From NCBI GenBank assembly GCA_963801475.1, contig CAWDEX010000001.1, forward strand, positions 2,567,019 to 2,631,018: 64,000 nucleotides of DNA, in the 5' to 3' direction. The translations under genes were made by a program, and so were the position numbers. Positions 46,300 through 58,330 of the stretch are shown here, one piece after another (the stretch's first letter is position 1; every line of letters begins with the position of its first letter). The stretch is from an uncultured Acidobacteriota bacterium (GTDB lineage Bacteria > Acidobacteriota > Thermoanaerobaculia > UBA5066). The notes beneath the pieces are model-generated. The model made no database searches, was not told the origin of the DNA, and saw only the letters and a list, made by a program, of their open reading frames with translations.

Positions 46300-47067
46300 T
46301 CAGTTCGGCCAGTGCAGTCCAAGGGCCTTCGCCAGGAAGACGGCCATCTGGGCGCGGGTCACGTTGGATTCCGGCTCGAACGTCGTAGGCGTGACGCCCT
46401 GGGTGATCCCCGACGCCTTCAGCGCCTCGATGTACTGAAACGCCCAGTAGTCCGTCGGGACGTCGGTGAAGCTGGCCACGCCCGGCGCCGGAGAGACCTG
46501 GAGCCTGTAGTAGAGCTTCACGCCGCTGAACGCGGTGGTCGAAGTAGGTCCCGTCCTCAACGTAACAGCGAGTAAATTCTGGTTGTTGACCACAAGGGGA
46601 GCCGGGAGCTGGTAGAGAAAGTTTCCGCAGCCGGGGGTGGCCGTCGTGCCGGTCGTCACCGAGGCAATTTCGCTGCAAGGCGCCTCGCAGTTATAGAGTC
46701 TGGCCACTACTTCATCCGTCGCAGAAGAGTCACAAGCCCGCAACTCGATGTACTCGACCCGGGCGCCGTTGGGAAGCACCGGGTGGGCAATAGCCGCTTG
46801 AGATGCAGAAGTGATGAACCTCCCCAAGTTAGAGGCAGGGTTAAGCGACCCCACTCCCAGGTCGTAGTACTCATGAAACTGGTACGACCCCATCATCAGG
46901 ACCGTAAGTTGCGCCACGCCATAAGTATCCGGCTCCGTCGATGGGCTCACCACCACGGGAGCGACCTTGCCCTGGAATAGACCTCTCTCGTCAGCGACTC
47001 CGGTGCACGGCACCACGAGCAGCGCGGCAAAGAGAAGCGCGACCAGCGGTCCGCCTCGAGCTTTCAT
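46300..47067 (-). CDS. Secreted protein with a C-terminal SLH (S-layer homology) domain
   Basis: Signal peptide MKARGGPLVALLFAALLVVPCTG. The C-terminal FTDVPTDYWAFQYIEALKASGITQGVTPTTFEPESNVTRAQMAVFLAKAL is a typical SLH motif. The segment is visibly less GC-rich than its flanks. Confidence 0.7.
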   Translation of the reverse strand: MKARGGPLVALLFAALLVVPCTGVADERGLFQGKVAPVVVSPSTEPDTYGVAQLTVLMMGSYQFHEYYDLGVGSLNPASNLGRFITSASQAAIAHPVLPNGARVEYIELRACDSSATDEVVARLYNCEAPCSEIASVTTGTTATPGCGNFLYQLPAPLVVNNQNLLAVTLRTGPTSTTAFSGVKLYYRLQVSPAPGVASFTDVPTDYWAFQYIEALKASGITQGVTPTTFEPESNVTRAQMAVFLAKALGLHWPN

Positions 47068-47243
47068 CTTGTCCTCCCGAGAAGCCTCTCAGCCTCTACT
47101 TCGGCCCTCGGCCCGGAAAGGACCGGGTTTGGTGGGGCGTCCCGGGCGACGCAAGCAAGGTTCTCCCTCCAGCATATGCCCGCGTCTCCGCGTTCGAAAG
47201 CCCCGAAGGGCTCGACCCACTAAGAAATCGGCTTGAGCCGTCC

Positions 47244-48725
47244 TCAGCCGGCGTGCCGGTTCTTCCGGACGAAGTCGATGAAACCGCGCTCGACATCCGT
47301 AGCGACGAGCTTCACCGACACCTTGTCGCCCACGCGGAGGCCGCCGAACCCCTCCAGGATCTTCCCTTCGACCGGCGGCCGGAAGATCCGCGCCCAGGTC
47401 CCCTTCGCCGAGGCGCCCGTCACCACGCCTTCGAACCACTCGCCGATCCGGTCCTGAAGGAGCATAGCCGCCGCCGACTTCCTCACCTGCCGTTCCACCT
47501 TGTCGGAGTCGTTCTCCTGCTCGGTGCAGTGCGCGGCCAGCTCCTCCAGCTCGGCCCAGTCGTAGGGCGACGGGCGGCCAGCAAGCGCCGCCTTGAGGAG
47601 CCGCTGCGTGACGATGTCGGGGTAGCGGCGGTTCGGCGCCGTGGAGTGCGTGTAGTCGAGAACGGCGAGGCCGAAGTGTCCTGCGGCGGCGCTGCCGGGA
47701 TACTCGACCGCGTACTCTCCCCGGCCCATCAGCTTCACGACGACGAGCGAGAGGTCCGGGAAGCGGAGCGGGTCGGCCTGACGCCTTCGCGCGAGGAACC
47801 CCGCGAGCGCCTTCGAGTCGGGCTCGGGCGGCAGAGCATCGCCGTAGTCGGCGGCCAGCTCGACGATCCGCGGCCAGCGCTCGGGCGAGCGGACGACGCG
47901 CCGGAGCGACGCCATGTCTCTCGCCCGGAGGAACCGCGCCGAGACGCCGTTGGCCGCGATCATGAAGTCCTCTATCAGGTCGCGCGCCCGGTTCTTCGCG
48001 TCGAGCTTCAGCTCGGTCAGGTCGTTGTCGACAAAGACGGCCCGCGGCTCGAGCGTCTCGAAGTCGAGCGCTCCCTCCTCGTGCCGCCGCTCCTTCAGCC
48101 GCCCGGCGGCCGCGTCCTGGAGCCGGAGGTTCTCGGCGAGGCCGGGCGCCGTCCCGAGCGGCGCGGGGGCGGGCCCCTCGCCGGACAACCACGCGGCGAC
48201 CGCGTTGTAGGCCAGCTTCGCCTTGTTGACGACTGTCGCCCGGTAGATCGCCGAGGCGCCGAGACCACCTTCCCCGTCGACGACGTACTCGGTGACGACG
48301 GCGAGGCGCTCTTCCCCTTCATTCAGCGACGTCAGGTCGTAGGACAGCTTCTCCGGGAGCATCGGGAAGACGGTGGCCCCGGTGTAGACGGAGGTCGTGT
48401 TCTGCCGCGCGTGAAGGTCGATCGGCGACCCTTTCCTCACGACGGCGTCCACGTCGGCGATCGCGACGAGGACCCGCGCTCCGCCCGATGGAAGCGCCTC
48501 GGCGACCGTCAGCTGATCCAGGTCCCTCGAGTCGTCGTTGTCGATCGAGCACCAGGGCAGGTGGCGGAGGTCCCGGAGGCCGTCCCCCTCCTCGCGCGCC
48601 GGCCCCCTGATGGCCTCGAGTTGCCGGAGCGCCTCCTTCGGGAAATCCGGGGCGAGGCCGCGCTCGAGCATCGCCTGGCGGGCAATTTCTAGGAGGTCGG
48701 CGCGCTGTCTGCCTGTGAAGTGCAT
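47244..48725 (-). CDS. RNB-domain exoribonuclease (RNase II/R family) with a C-terminal S1 domain
   Basis: WCSIDNDDSRDLDQLTVAE...VAIADVDAVV...TTSVYTGATVFPMLPEKLS is the RNB catalytic motif set. HFGLAVLDYTHSTAPNRRYPDIVTQRLL follows. The C-terminal VVTGASAKGTWARIFRPPVEGKI is S1-like. Confidence 0.85.
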   Translation of the reverse strand: MHFTGRQRADLLEIARQAMLERGLAPDFPKEALRQLEAIRGPAREEGDGLRDLRHLPWCSIDNDDSRDLDQLTVAEALPSGGARVLVAIADVDAVVRKGSPIDLHARQNTTSVYTGATVFPMLPEKLSYDLTSLNEGEERLAVVTEYVVDGEGGLGASAIYRATVVNKAKLAYNAVAAWLSGEGPAPAPLGTAPGLAENLRLQDAAAGRLKERRHEEGALDFETLEPRAVFVDNDLTELKLDAKNRARDLIEDFMIAANGVSARFLRARDMASLRRVVRSPERWPRIVELAADYGDALPPEPDSKALAGFLARRRQADPLRFPDLSLVVVKLMGRGEYAVEYPGSAAAGHFGLAVLDYTHSTAPNRRYPDIVTQRLLKAALAGRPSPYDWAELEELAAHCTEQENDSDKVERQVRKSAAAMLLQDRIGEWFEGVVTGASAKGTWARIFRPPVEGKILEGFGGLRVGDKVSVKLVATDVERGFIDFVRKNRHAG

Positions 48726-48840
48726 CCCCGGACTTTAGATCAGCGGGGCCTTCCGGGGGTAAACCGGAGGGCCGGACGGAGCGTCTCCTCCGGGGGGCAT
48801 CCGTCCCGGCACGGATCTGGCAAGGACCCGGGGCCGAAGG

Positions 48841-49281
48841 ATGCTCAGCATGGAGCAGACACAGATGATCCGCCCGCCCTCCACCAAGATCTTCCTCGCG
48901 GTCTTGATCGTCCTGACGGCGGCCGCGGCGCTCCTGCTGACGGGCTGCAGCAGCGTCTCGGCCGAGACGATCCGATACGTCGGCGCGCCGCAGCCCCCGC
49001 CGACCGACCCGTCCCGCGTCGAGATCCTCCGGCAGAGGCCGAAGCGGCCGCACGAGAAGCTGGGCGAGGTCGTCCTGAAACCGTCCGGAGACCCCGACGT
49101 GGCTGCCATCGAGAAAAAGATCCGCGAGGAGACGGCAATGCTCGGCGGCGACGCCGCGGTCCTCGTCTACGACAAGACGAAGCGGATGGGGACTCTCATC
49201 ACCGGAGACTGGTGGGTCGTGCGCGCCACACCCCTCTACGAACGGGTCATCGTCGCCGTGACCATCAAGTACCGGAACTGA
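48841..49281 (+). CDS. Lipoprotein, function unknown
   Basis: Lipobox ALLLTGCSS follows a hydrophobic segment. 146 aa of balanced composition. Confidence 0.65.
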   Translation: MLSMEQTQMIRPPSTKIFLAVLIVLTAAAALLLTGCSSVSAETIRYVGAPQPPPTDPSRVEILRQRPKRPHEKLGEVVLKPSGDPDVAAIEKKIREETAMLGGDAAVLVYDKTKRMGTLITGDWWVVRATPLYERVIVAVTIKYRN

Positions 49282-49332
49282 GCCGGTCCGCTCCCGTCAC
49301 CTCGCCGTGGACTCCGCGCGAGGCCCGGCGCC

Positions 49333-52140
<2,808 letters not shown>

Positions 52141-52265
52141 GGCGCGTCCTCCCTCCCGTGGGCGGATCCTCCCCCATCCGGGGCCCCGGGGGTACCCCTT
52201 CTTTATCCCATTGACTGTTGCAAAAAGCCGGGGATATGCTTCAACCGGCAGGTCCAGAACTAGGT

Positions 52266-52850
52266 ATGTCTCGCAGGCACGACGAGATTCGGCCCGAGGT
52301 TCAGGGTCCCCATGGCTACGGCGTTACGGGGCCCCTGAGAACCTCCGTTCCGGCCCAGTGGAACTGGGAGGAACTGAATTCCGTCTACAGGCCGCGCCTC
52401 ATCGCCGCAGGCATCGTCCGCTTCGGTCTGACGCGCGAGGAGTGCGAGGACGCCGCGCAGACCGTCTTCCTCAAGGTCATCGCGCAGAACCCGCGCGTTC
52501 GCGATCCCAAGGCATATCTCCGCGCCGCGTTCCTGCACCAGGCGCAGAACATCGCCGAAGCGCGCACGCGCGCCCGGGGGCGCGACACCGAGCTGGATCC
52601 CGAGGGGATCTACCGCAGCGCCATCTACGATCCCGAGGAGCGCGAGCGGCAGGCCGAGAAGATCCGGAAGATCACGGCCGTGACCGGCGCCTTCAAGCGG
52701 ATCGGCGACAAGTGCCAGACGGTGATCCGCTGCTACTGCGTCGACGACTGCTCGCTGGCCGAGACGGCCGAAAAGGCCGGCTACTCGGAGAAGACGATCT
52801 GGAAGCGCGTTCAGGAGTGCCTGAAGAGGATGCGGCAATGCCTCGCCTAG
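52266..52850 (+). CDS. ECF-like sigma-70 family factor
   Basis: Region 2-like [42 protein letters not shown]. Region 4-like [39 protein letters not shown]. The start may instead be at 52218. Confidence 0.7.
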   Translation: MSRRHDEIRPEVQGPHGYGVTGPLRTSVPAQWNWEELNSVYRPRLIAAGIVRFGLTREECEDAAQTVFLKVIAQNPRVRDPKAYLRAAFLHQAQNIAEARTRARGRDTELDPEGIYRSAIYDPEERERQAEKIRKITAVTGAFKRIGDKCQTVIRCYCVDDCSLAETAEKAGYSEKTIWKRVQECLKRMRQCLA

Positions 52851-54253
52851 TCACTGCGAGCCACCCGAGCGAGGCGGACCTGCTGAACCTCGCCGCCGGC
52901 CGCAAGGCCGAGGGGCTCGAGGAGTGCCGCCGCCACCTCGAAACGGGCTGCCGCCTGTGCGAAGTGCGCCTCTCGGAGCTGGCCGATCTGGTGGAGTCCG
53001 TCCGCGAGGAAGAGGCCTTCAACGCCATCCTCGAGGCGGACGACCTTCCGGCCGTTCCCGAGTTCGGCGGCCAGAAGCTGGAATTCAGGAAGCCCGCGCC
53101 GCAGCTCGAGGAGATCTACCGCCTCGCGCAGAGCGCCGAGCCCCTGGCCGAAGGAATCCTGGCCGCAGCCCGCGCCGGCGACGCAGAGCTGGACACCGCA
53201 CTCAGCGCCTTGTACGGCAACCCTGCCCGCGGCTTCGCCCTTCTCTATGCCTGCCAGAAGGGGAACGCCCTCGTCGTCCAGGAACCGCTCCGCGCCCGCG
53301 AGCTGGCCCGTGCCGTGTTCGAGGAGGCGAAGAGCCTCATGGACGCAAACACCGAGGCCCGTCTTGCGACACCTGCCCCGCGAGAGAGCGTCCAGGCCGA
53401 GGCGAAGCTGCTCGAGTCGCAAGCGGAGAACCAGCTCGCGCGTCCCCTTGAAGCGCGCGTAGCAGCCGTGGAGGCTCGTGAGTACTTCCGCGCCTCGGGC
53501 GACATGGGCTTCGGCCTCGCACTCGCCGACTACTACGAGGGCTCGGCTGCCAGCTTCGCCAAGGACTACGTTGCCGGCGAACGGCTTCTGAAAAAGGCCC
53601 TCAAGGTCTTCGCCGAGTTCGGCCAGGACAACCTGATGGCACGGGCCCAGGGAATGCTGGGACTTCTCTATTTACATCGGGGAGATGAGACCAGAGCCCT
53701 CACGTACTTCGACCACGCCATCGGCGTGTTCGATCCGGTCGAAGACGCACGGTTCCTGACAGCCTCGCTCATCAACCGCGCGATGGCACTCCTGCGTCTC
53801 CGTCGACTCGACGAAGCCCGTCCCACGTACGCCAGAGCCCTGAGTCTCGTGCGAAAGCATCAACTGACGAGCTATCTCGGAGCGATTCGCTCTGGATTAG
53901 CACAAATTGACATTCAATGCCGGGAATACGGCCGCGCTTTACGGGCCTTCCAAGAGCTTTCGCGAGAAGAGCGGGCCGCTGGGTGGGCCCAGCAGGCCTT
54001 CATTTCCGACCTTTACGTTGCCGAGTGTCTCGGCAGACTCGGCCGCGACGAACAGATGGCGGAAGCGATCATTTCCCTTCGAATCGAACGGAGAACGAGT
54101 CCCTTCTCGGCGTCCCCGGCGATTGAGGAGCTCTTCTCTTGCTTGGACCAAGGCGCCCTCAATGCCGACCTCGTGGCGCACGTCCGTACCTACCTCCAAG
54201 AAGAGGCAAACGGCACGCAGTGCGAATACCGCCCCCTGCGTATCGCCAGCTGA
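52838..54253 (+). CDS. Putative anti-sigma factor with a zinc-finger-like N-terminus and TPR repeats
   Basis: The ATG at 52838 overlaps the sigma gene end. CRRHLETGCRLCEVRL is zf-HC2-like. The C-terminal half has TPR-like repeats (AQGMLGLLYLHRGDETRALTYFDHAIGVF...). The upstream 233 codons of the track ORF are off-frame overlap with the sigma gene. Confidence 0.6.
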   Translation: MPRLVTASHPSEADLLNLAAGRKAEGLEECRRHLETGCRLCEVRLSELADLVESVREEEAFNAILEADDLPAVPEFGGQKLEFRKPAPQLEEIYRLAQSAEPLAEGILAAARAGDAELDTALSALYGNPARGFALLYACQKGNALVVQEPLRARELARAVFEEAKSLMDANTEARLATPAPRESVQAEAKLLESQAENQLARPLEARVAAVEAREYFRASGDMGFGLALADYYEGSAASFAKDYVAGERLLKKALKVFAEFGQDNLMARAQGMLGLLYLHRGDETRALTYFDHAIGVFDPVEDARFLTASLINRAMALLRLRRLDEARPTYARALSLVRKHQLTSYLGAIRSGLAQIDIQCREYGRALRAFQELSREERAAGWAQQAFISDLYVAECLGRLGRDEQMAEAIISLRIERRTSPFSASPAIEELFSCLDQGALNADLVAHVRTYLQEEANGTQCEYRPLRIAS

Positions 54254-54274
54254 CACCCCCAGGCTGTAGCTCCT

Positions 54275-54297
54275 CTGCCGGCCAAAACGGCAGTTTC
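54275..54297 (+). terminator. Candidate intrinsic terminator
   Basis: ctgccg-gccaaaa-cggcag is a 6-bp stem, followed by tttctgactttctgac. It lies 22 nt after the stop of the TPR gene. Confidence 0.45.
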
Positions 54298-54426
54298 TGA
54301 CTTTCTGACACCCCTCGGGCTCGGGAGGGGTCAAAATTGCGACGGACGTTGTCTCAGTTAGTGGAAGGTCACAGAGGACCCTTCGTTCCGGGCGAGGGGC
54401 CTCGTGAATCTTCCAGAGGAGGATTC

Positions 54427-54492
54427 ATGGTTAGCTTCTTTGCTCTTATCATCATTCTCGTCTGCGCCGGCGGAACTGTCCCTCTGGGCTGA
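54427..54492 (+). CDS. Candidate 21-aa hydrophobic mini-protein
   Basis: AGAGGAGGA Shine-Dalgarno lies 5 nt upstream of the ATG. The peptide is MVSFFALIIILVCAGGTVPLG. It sits in an AT-richer intergenic patch and is too short for the ORF track. Confidence 0.3.
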   Translation: MVSFFALIIILVCAGGTVPLG

Positions 54493-54610
54493 CCGCTCGC
54501 TGAGAATCCGAGAGAGACTGTAATTGCAGCGCCCGCGGGGGGTGTAGCACCCGCGCGAGCGAGGTTCGTCATAAGAAGCAATTGAGAAGCGCTCGCAAGG
54601 AGATTCCCCG

Positions 54611-55033
54611 ATGACGAGTGCGAGGGCCGATGCAGCAAAGACGGCGACGCGCCCGGACGTGTCGTTGTCGCTCGCGCTGCGAATGCCCTCGAAGCTGTTC
54701 GTGGAAGACGTTGCCGAGGCCGGCGGGGGTGTCCTCCTCCACCTCGAAGTCCGGAACCGGAACGACGTCCCGTGGAACGCCTGGGTCCCGAACGGCCCGC
54801 TCCTGGAGATCGCCGTCCTCGACGAGCGCGGCGACGAGAAGACCCGGCAGACCCGGCAGCTGAAGATGCTCTCCCCCCCGACGAGGCTCGATCCCGGAAG
54901 AGGGTTCCTCCTCCCCCTCCGGGTCGTCCTCCCGGACCTTCACGCCCGGGGGGAGACCTTCACGCTGCGCTTCCGCTTCGCCCCCGGCACCGAGGGAACG
55001 GAAGTCACCCTCCACCTCGCGCCGCGCGCCTGA
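54611..55033 (+). CDS. Hypothetical protein (beta-rich)
   Basis: AAGGAG lies 8 nt upstream of the ATG. 140 aa of balanced composition (VLLHLEVRNRNDVPWNAWVPNGPLLEIAVLDERGDEKT...). No recognisable motif. Confidence 0.5.
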   Translation: MTSARADAAKTATRPDVSLSLALRMPSKLFVEDVAEAGGGVLLHLEVRNRNDVPWNAWVPNGPLLEIAVLDERGDEKTRQTRQLKMLSPPTRLDPGRGFLLPLRVVLPDLHARGETFTLRFRFAPGTEGTEVTLHLAPRA

Positions 55034-55131
55034 CCGCGCGGCGCGAAGGCGGCCGGGCGTCAGCCTGATTTTCGGAATCGGCGATATTCGCGCTGAATGC
55101 CGTTGGCCCCGTCCTCGAGGTAGGTGCGGAC

Positions 55132-55551
55132 GTGGCAGGGATCGTTCATGCCGCACTGATGGGAGCAGCAAGCATCGCCAGGGGAGCCCTTCAGATGGCT
55201 GGAAACTCAGGATCGCTTGTAGCCCGTTTCAGTAGAGGCACCGGCCGATTCTTCACTGACCCTCGCCGGCACGGAACCGTAGCCAGACAGTACTGGCAAG
55301 GCGAAGCTAACGGCTGGCACCTACACGATTGGTTCTTCCCACAGAGATCCGAATGGGCCACCAGTGCTGGTTGGAATCTTCTCGAGGTTCCGGGCCCCTT
55401 CAACAGCTGGATGGGATACAGCTCGGTTGGCAGAGGCGTCGAGTGGCTCCTGCGAATCGGAATTCCAAGCTCCCTGGTGGGCGGTGCATACGCTGGCGGA
55501 AAGTGGGGTCTCACGAAGGAAGAATGGGAGGCGCGCTGTGCTTGCCGCTAA
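55132..55551 (+). CDS. Hypothetical protein; possible orphan toxin module
   Basis: 139-aa ORF in the AT-richer patch. It overlaps the downstream immunity-like gene by 14 nt. No family was recognised (GWHLHDWFFPQRSEW...). The start (GTG 55132 or an internal ATG) is uncertain. Confidence 0.4.
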   Translation: MAGIVHAALMGAASIARGALQMAGNSGSLVARFSRGTGRFFTDPRRHGTVARQYWQGEANGWHLHDWFFPQRSEWATSAGWNLLEVPGPFNSWMGYSSVGRGVEWLLRIGIPSSLVGGAYAGGKWGLTKEEWEARCACR

Positions 55552-56056
55552 TCACGACGCGACAGCCTGGAAAGTCGTCGCTGACGGCCGGCAGTTTCAG
55601 CTCTCAGACATCCACGACCTTCTAGCCCATCTCGATCGGCTCAGGCGAGGAGAAACCAGGGAGTTCACCCTCCTAAAGAAGGGGGCGCGCGCTGGCGGCT
55701 TCGAAGGGTGGCTTTACCGCATACTTGGTGTTTCATCGCCGCCACAGGAAAAATCAGTTTGGGTTCTCATTCAGGGACCCCGAGCACTGCTGACCTTCCT
55801 AGACGAAGACTTCAACGAGAGACGGGCAAGAGATCCGATGCGGCGTTCGTCCGCACCGGATGTACATGAGAAGGTCGAGTTTCGGACAAGGGAAGGGCGC
55901 GGCGAAATCGCATCAATCGAGGAGTGCGTCACGACGGATTCCGCCGTCCAGGCGATTACAGAGTTCTTCGAACACGGGTCCCCGCCCGGCTGGCTTCAGT
56001 ACGATGAATTTCCCGAGCGCAGTCGGAAAAGAAGGGTCAAGAAGCGCAGCGGTTGA
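55538..56056 (+). CDS. Imm1-like immunity protein (tentative)
   Basis: The GTG at 55538 is preceded by GGGAGG. The C-terminal SAVQAITEFFEHGSPPGWLQYDEF resembles, from memory, the A..EF..tG.rP..v.W signature of the Imm1 polymorphic-toxin immunity family. Confidence 0.45.
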   Translation: MLAANHDATAWKVVADGRQFQLSDIHDLLAHLDRLRRGETREFTLLKKGARAGGFEGWLYRILGVSSPPQEKSVWVLIQGPRALLTFLDEDFNERRARDPMRRSSAPDVHEKVEFRTREGRGEIASIEECVTTDSAVQAITEFFEHGSPPGWLQYDEFPERSRKRRVKKRSG

Positions 56057-56247
56057 GAATCGAAGGGTTCGGGTGACCTGCGCCCCTCCTGTGGCCAGAT
56101 CGGGTTGGGAGACTCCGGGTTGAAATCGTAGCAGTCGTCGTGGGAGCGAATAGGGTCGCGTCTCAACTATCGACTACAGGAAGTAACCAGCCGCGCTACC
56201 AGCCCGATTCGCGCCGGCCGTGACTCTCGCTCGATCCCGAAAGGCCC

Positions 56248-56472
56248 TCACCGCCGCCAGAACCTGGCGATCAGCCAGAGGAGCCCGCTCAGGACGAGGC
56301 TGAGAAGGACGCAGGTGGCGAGTGGAAAGTGGAATTCGAAGCTCTCGCGCTTGACGTGAATGTCGCCGGGCAGGCGGCCGAGAAAAGGGATCCTCGCGCC
56401 GGCAAGCAGTAGCGCCCCCGCGACGAGGAAGACGACCCCGAGGACGATCAGGAGCTTTCCGATCCCAGTCAT
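56248..56472 (-). CDS. DUF2905-family small membrane protein
   Basis: MTGIGKLLIVLGVVFLVAGALLLAGARIPFLGRLPGDIHVKRESFEFHFPLATCVLLSLVLSGLLWLI matches the LGRLPGDI...F.FPI pattern of DUF2905. Confidence 0.7.
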   Translation of the reverse strand: MTGIGKLLIVLGVVFLVAGALLLAGARIPFLGRLPGDIHVKRESFEFHFPLATCVLLSLVLSGLLWLIARFWRR

Positions 56473-56505
56473 CTTGAAGCACTCGCGTCGAGTTCCCGAG
56501 CCCGG

Positions 56506-56832
56506 TCAGCGTTCGAGGTGTCGAAGAAGTTCCCGCAGATCCGAGGTCACTACTGTCCAGACGATGTCGTGATCGACGGAGGCGTCGCCGTGAACGAGAC
56601 GATTTCGCATCCCGATGATCTCGTTCCAGGGGACACCGGGAAGCCGCGATCGGGTTTCGGCCGAAACTCTCGATGCCGCTTCGCCAACCACCTCGATGAA
56701 CCGCTCGAGCGCCGCGGCGAGAACGGGGTCCCCGTCGAGGTCTGGCCGCGACCTGCCCTTCACCGCGGCCACGGCCATTCGGGCGTGGTCGGCCATGTCT
56801 TTCAGGAGGACTTCGTCGTCAGGCCGCTTCAT
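56506..56832 (-). CDS. HepT-like (DUF86/HEPN) RNase toxin
   Basis: IIGMRNRLVHGD carries the HEPN R-x4-H motif. The ATG at 56832 overlaps the upstream MNT gene by 14 nt. Confidence 0.8.
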   Translation of the reverse strand: MKRPDDEVLLKDMADHARMAVAAVKGRSRPDLDGDPVLAAALERFIEVVGEAASRVSAETRSRLPGVPWNEIIGMRNRLVHGDASVDHDIVWTVVTSDLRELLRHLER

Positions 56833-57124
56833 AGAGCGGCACGGCCTCATCGAGGACCCTCGGCCGGAAGTGGGGGCTCAAGAAGCCAGCCGTCAGAAGA
56901 TCGACTCTCCGCCCGAAGAACTCCGAAAGCTCGGATTGAAGCGTGATGAATCGGAGTCCGACGGCCGTTCCCCGCTCGAACTCGACGAGCACGTCGAGGT
57001 CGCTGTCGGGCGCCAGCTCGCCCCTCAGGACCGAGCCGAAGACTGCCAGCCGCCGCACGGCGTAGCGCCGACAGAGAGCTCCGAGAGCCCCCTCGTCAAC
57101 GGACAAGCCCGGGACGCGATTCAT
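56819..57124 (-). CDS. MNT-type nucleotidyltransferase antitoxin
   Basis: LAVFGSVLRGELAPDSDLDVLVEF is the G-S-x(n)-D-x-D minimal nucleotidyltransferase motif. 101 aa. Confidence 0.8.
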   Translation of the reverse strand: MNRVPGLSVDEGALGALCRRYAVRRLAVFGSVLRGELAPDSDLDVLVEFERGTAVGLRFITLQSELSEFFGRRVDLLTAGFLSPHFRPRVLDEAVPLYEAA

Positions 57125-57261
57125 CGATTGATCGTAGCACCGGGTTTCTCTTCGGCAGGCTCCGGGGCCTCACAGGATTCACGGCCAAGGGAACCGGTAC
57201 AGTCAGTTCCCGCGCCGGCTCCGATTGACGCTCCCCTCCCCTTACGGCAACATCCGCCGCC

Positions 57262-58176
57262 GTGAACGGCGGCGAAGGCCTGACCCGCGCTCCCAAGGTC
57301 CAGATCGGCATTCCGGTGCAGCGCCCGACGTCGTGGTGGCTGGAGATCCTGAAGCGGCGGGCCGAGCGGATGTACGAGGAGAAGCTGGACCTCTCGAAGC
57401 CGGTGGAGTTCTCGTCGGAAGAGGAGCGAAAGGCCTGCATCGCCTTCTTCAACGCGGCCTACCGCGCGGAGGAGTCGGGGCTGTCGGGCGCGCACAAACT
57501 GGCCGCGGAAGTCCGCGAATGGGACCCGGAACTCGCCGAGTGCCTCGTCCTGTACGGGAACGAGGAAGGGTGGCACCGCGAGCTGCTGGAGGAGTTCCTT
57601 CACCACATCGGCGGCGGGGTGGCGCCGATGGGGTGGATGGTCCGGTCGTTCTACAGGACCTACTCGAAGGCCGAGCGGATGGAGTCGGTCATGCTCACGA
57701 ACCTGATGTTCGAGACGATCGGCGCCACGACCTACCGGCTGTCGCTGCGGGGGGTGAAGCAGCCGCTCGCCCGGCAGGTGCTGAAGATCCTGACGCGCGA
57801 CGAGTCGTTCCACATCCCGCTGAACGTCCATTTCATCCGGGAGATCCTGAAGCGCCACCCCGAGCGGAGCCGCCTGCGGCTGAAGCTGATCTACCACGTC
57901 GTCTTCCGCTCCCTCATCTTCATGTCGTACGGGAGCCGGAAGGTGGCGGCGGGGTTCGACCACGTGACGGCCCGCGACCTGACGACGGCCTACGTGGAGA
58001 ATCTCGGGCGACTCTTCGCCCAGGAGCAGGACCTCGACTTCCGCCCCCCGCGATACATCCTTCGCGCCTTCGGCGTGACGGAGGAGAAGCTTGCCGAAGA
58101 GGGACCGGGAGCGATCTCAGTCGAGGCGGCCGAGAAGGCGGCCCGACGGGAGCACGTCGAGGTGAGGGAGCTGTGA
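57262..58176 (+). CDS. Ferritin-like di-iron carboxylate protein (AurF/desaturase-like four-helix bundle)
   Basis: Two E...ExxH pairs: YRAEESG...NEEGWHRELL and MFETIGA...RDESFHIPL. 304 aa with a GTG start. Confidence 0.6.
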   Translation: MNGGEGLTRAPKVQIGIPVQRPTSWWLEILKRRAERMYEEKLDLSKPVEFSSEEERKACIAFFNAAYRAEESGLSGAHKLAAEVREWDPELAECLVLYGNEEGWHRELLEEFLHHIGGGVAPMGWMVRSFYRTYSKAERMESVMLTNLMFETIGATTYRLSLRGVKQPLARQVLKILTRDESFHIPLNVHFIREILKRHPERSRLRLKLIYHVVFRSLIFMSYGSRKVAAGFDHVTARDLTTAYVENLGRLFAQEQDLDFRPPRYILRAFGVTEEKLAEEGPGAISVEAAEKAARREHVEVREL

Positions 58177-58330
58177 ATGACCCGGGCGGAACCGGCAGCC
58201 TGCCGGTTCCCCCGGACCCCCTCCCGAATCGCCGGAAACGAAGGCGTCTGCCCGACCGAAGCCGGGTCGGGTGAAGCAGTTGCACCATATCGCCGGGGGG
58301 GCCGGGAGGAGGATAGTCTCGCCGCCTCGA

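Noticed and set aside
54316-54340. Hairpin cccctc-gggctcgg-gagggg as a terminator or riboswitch element
   Set aside because: The stem is short, there is no T-run, and no conserved riboswitch motif was recognised. The better terminator candidate lies at 54275-54297.
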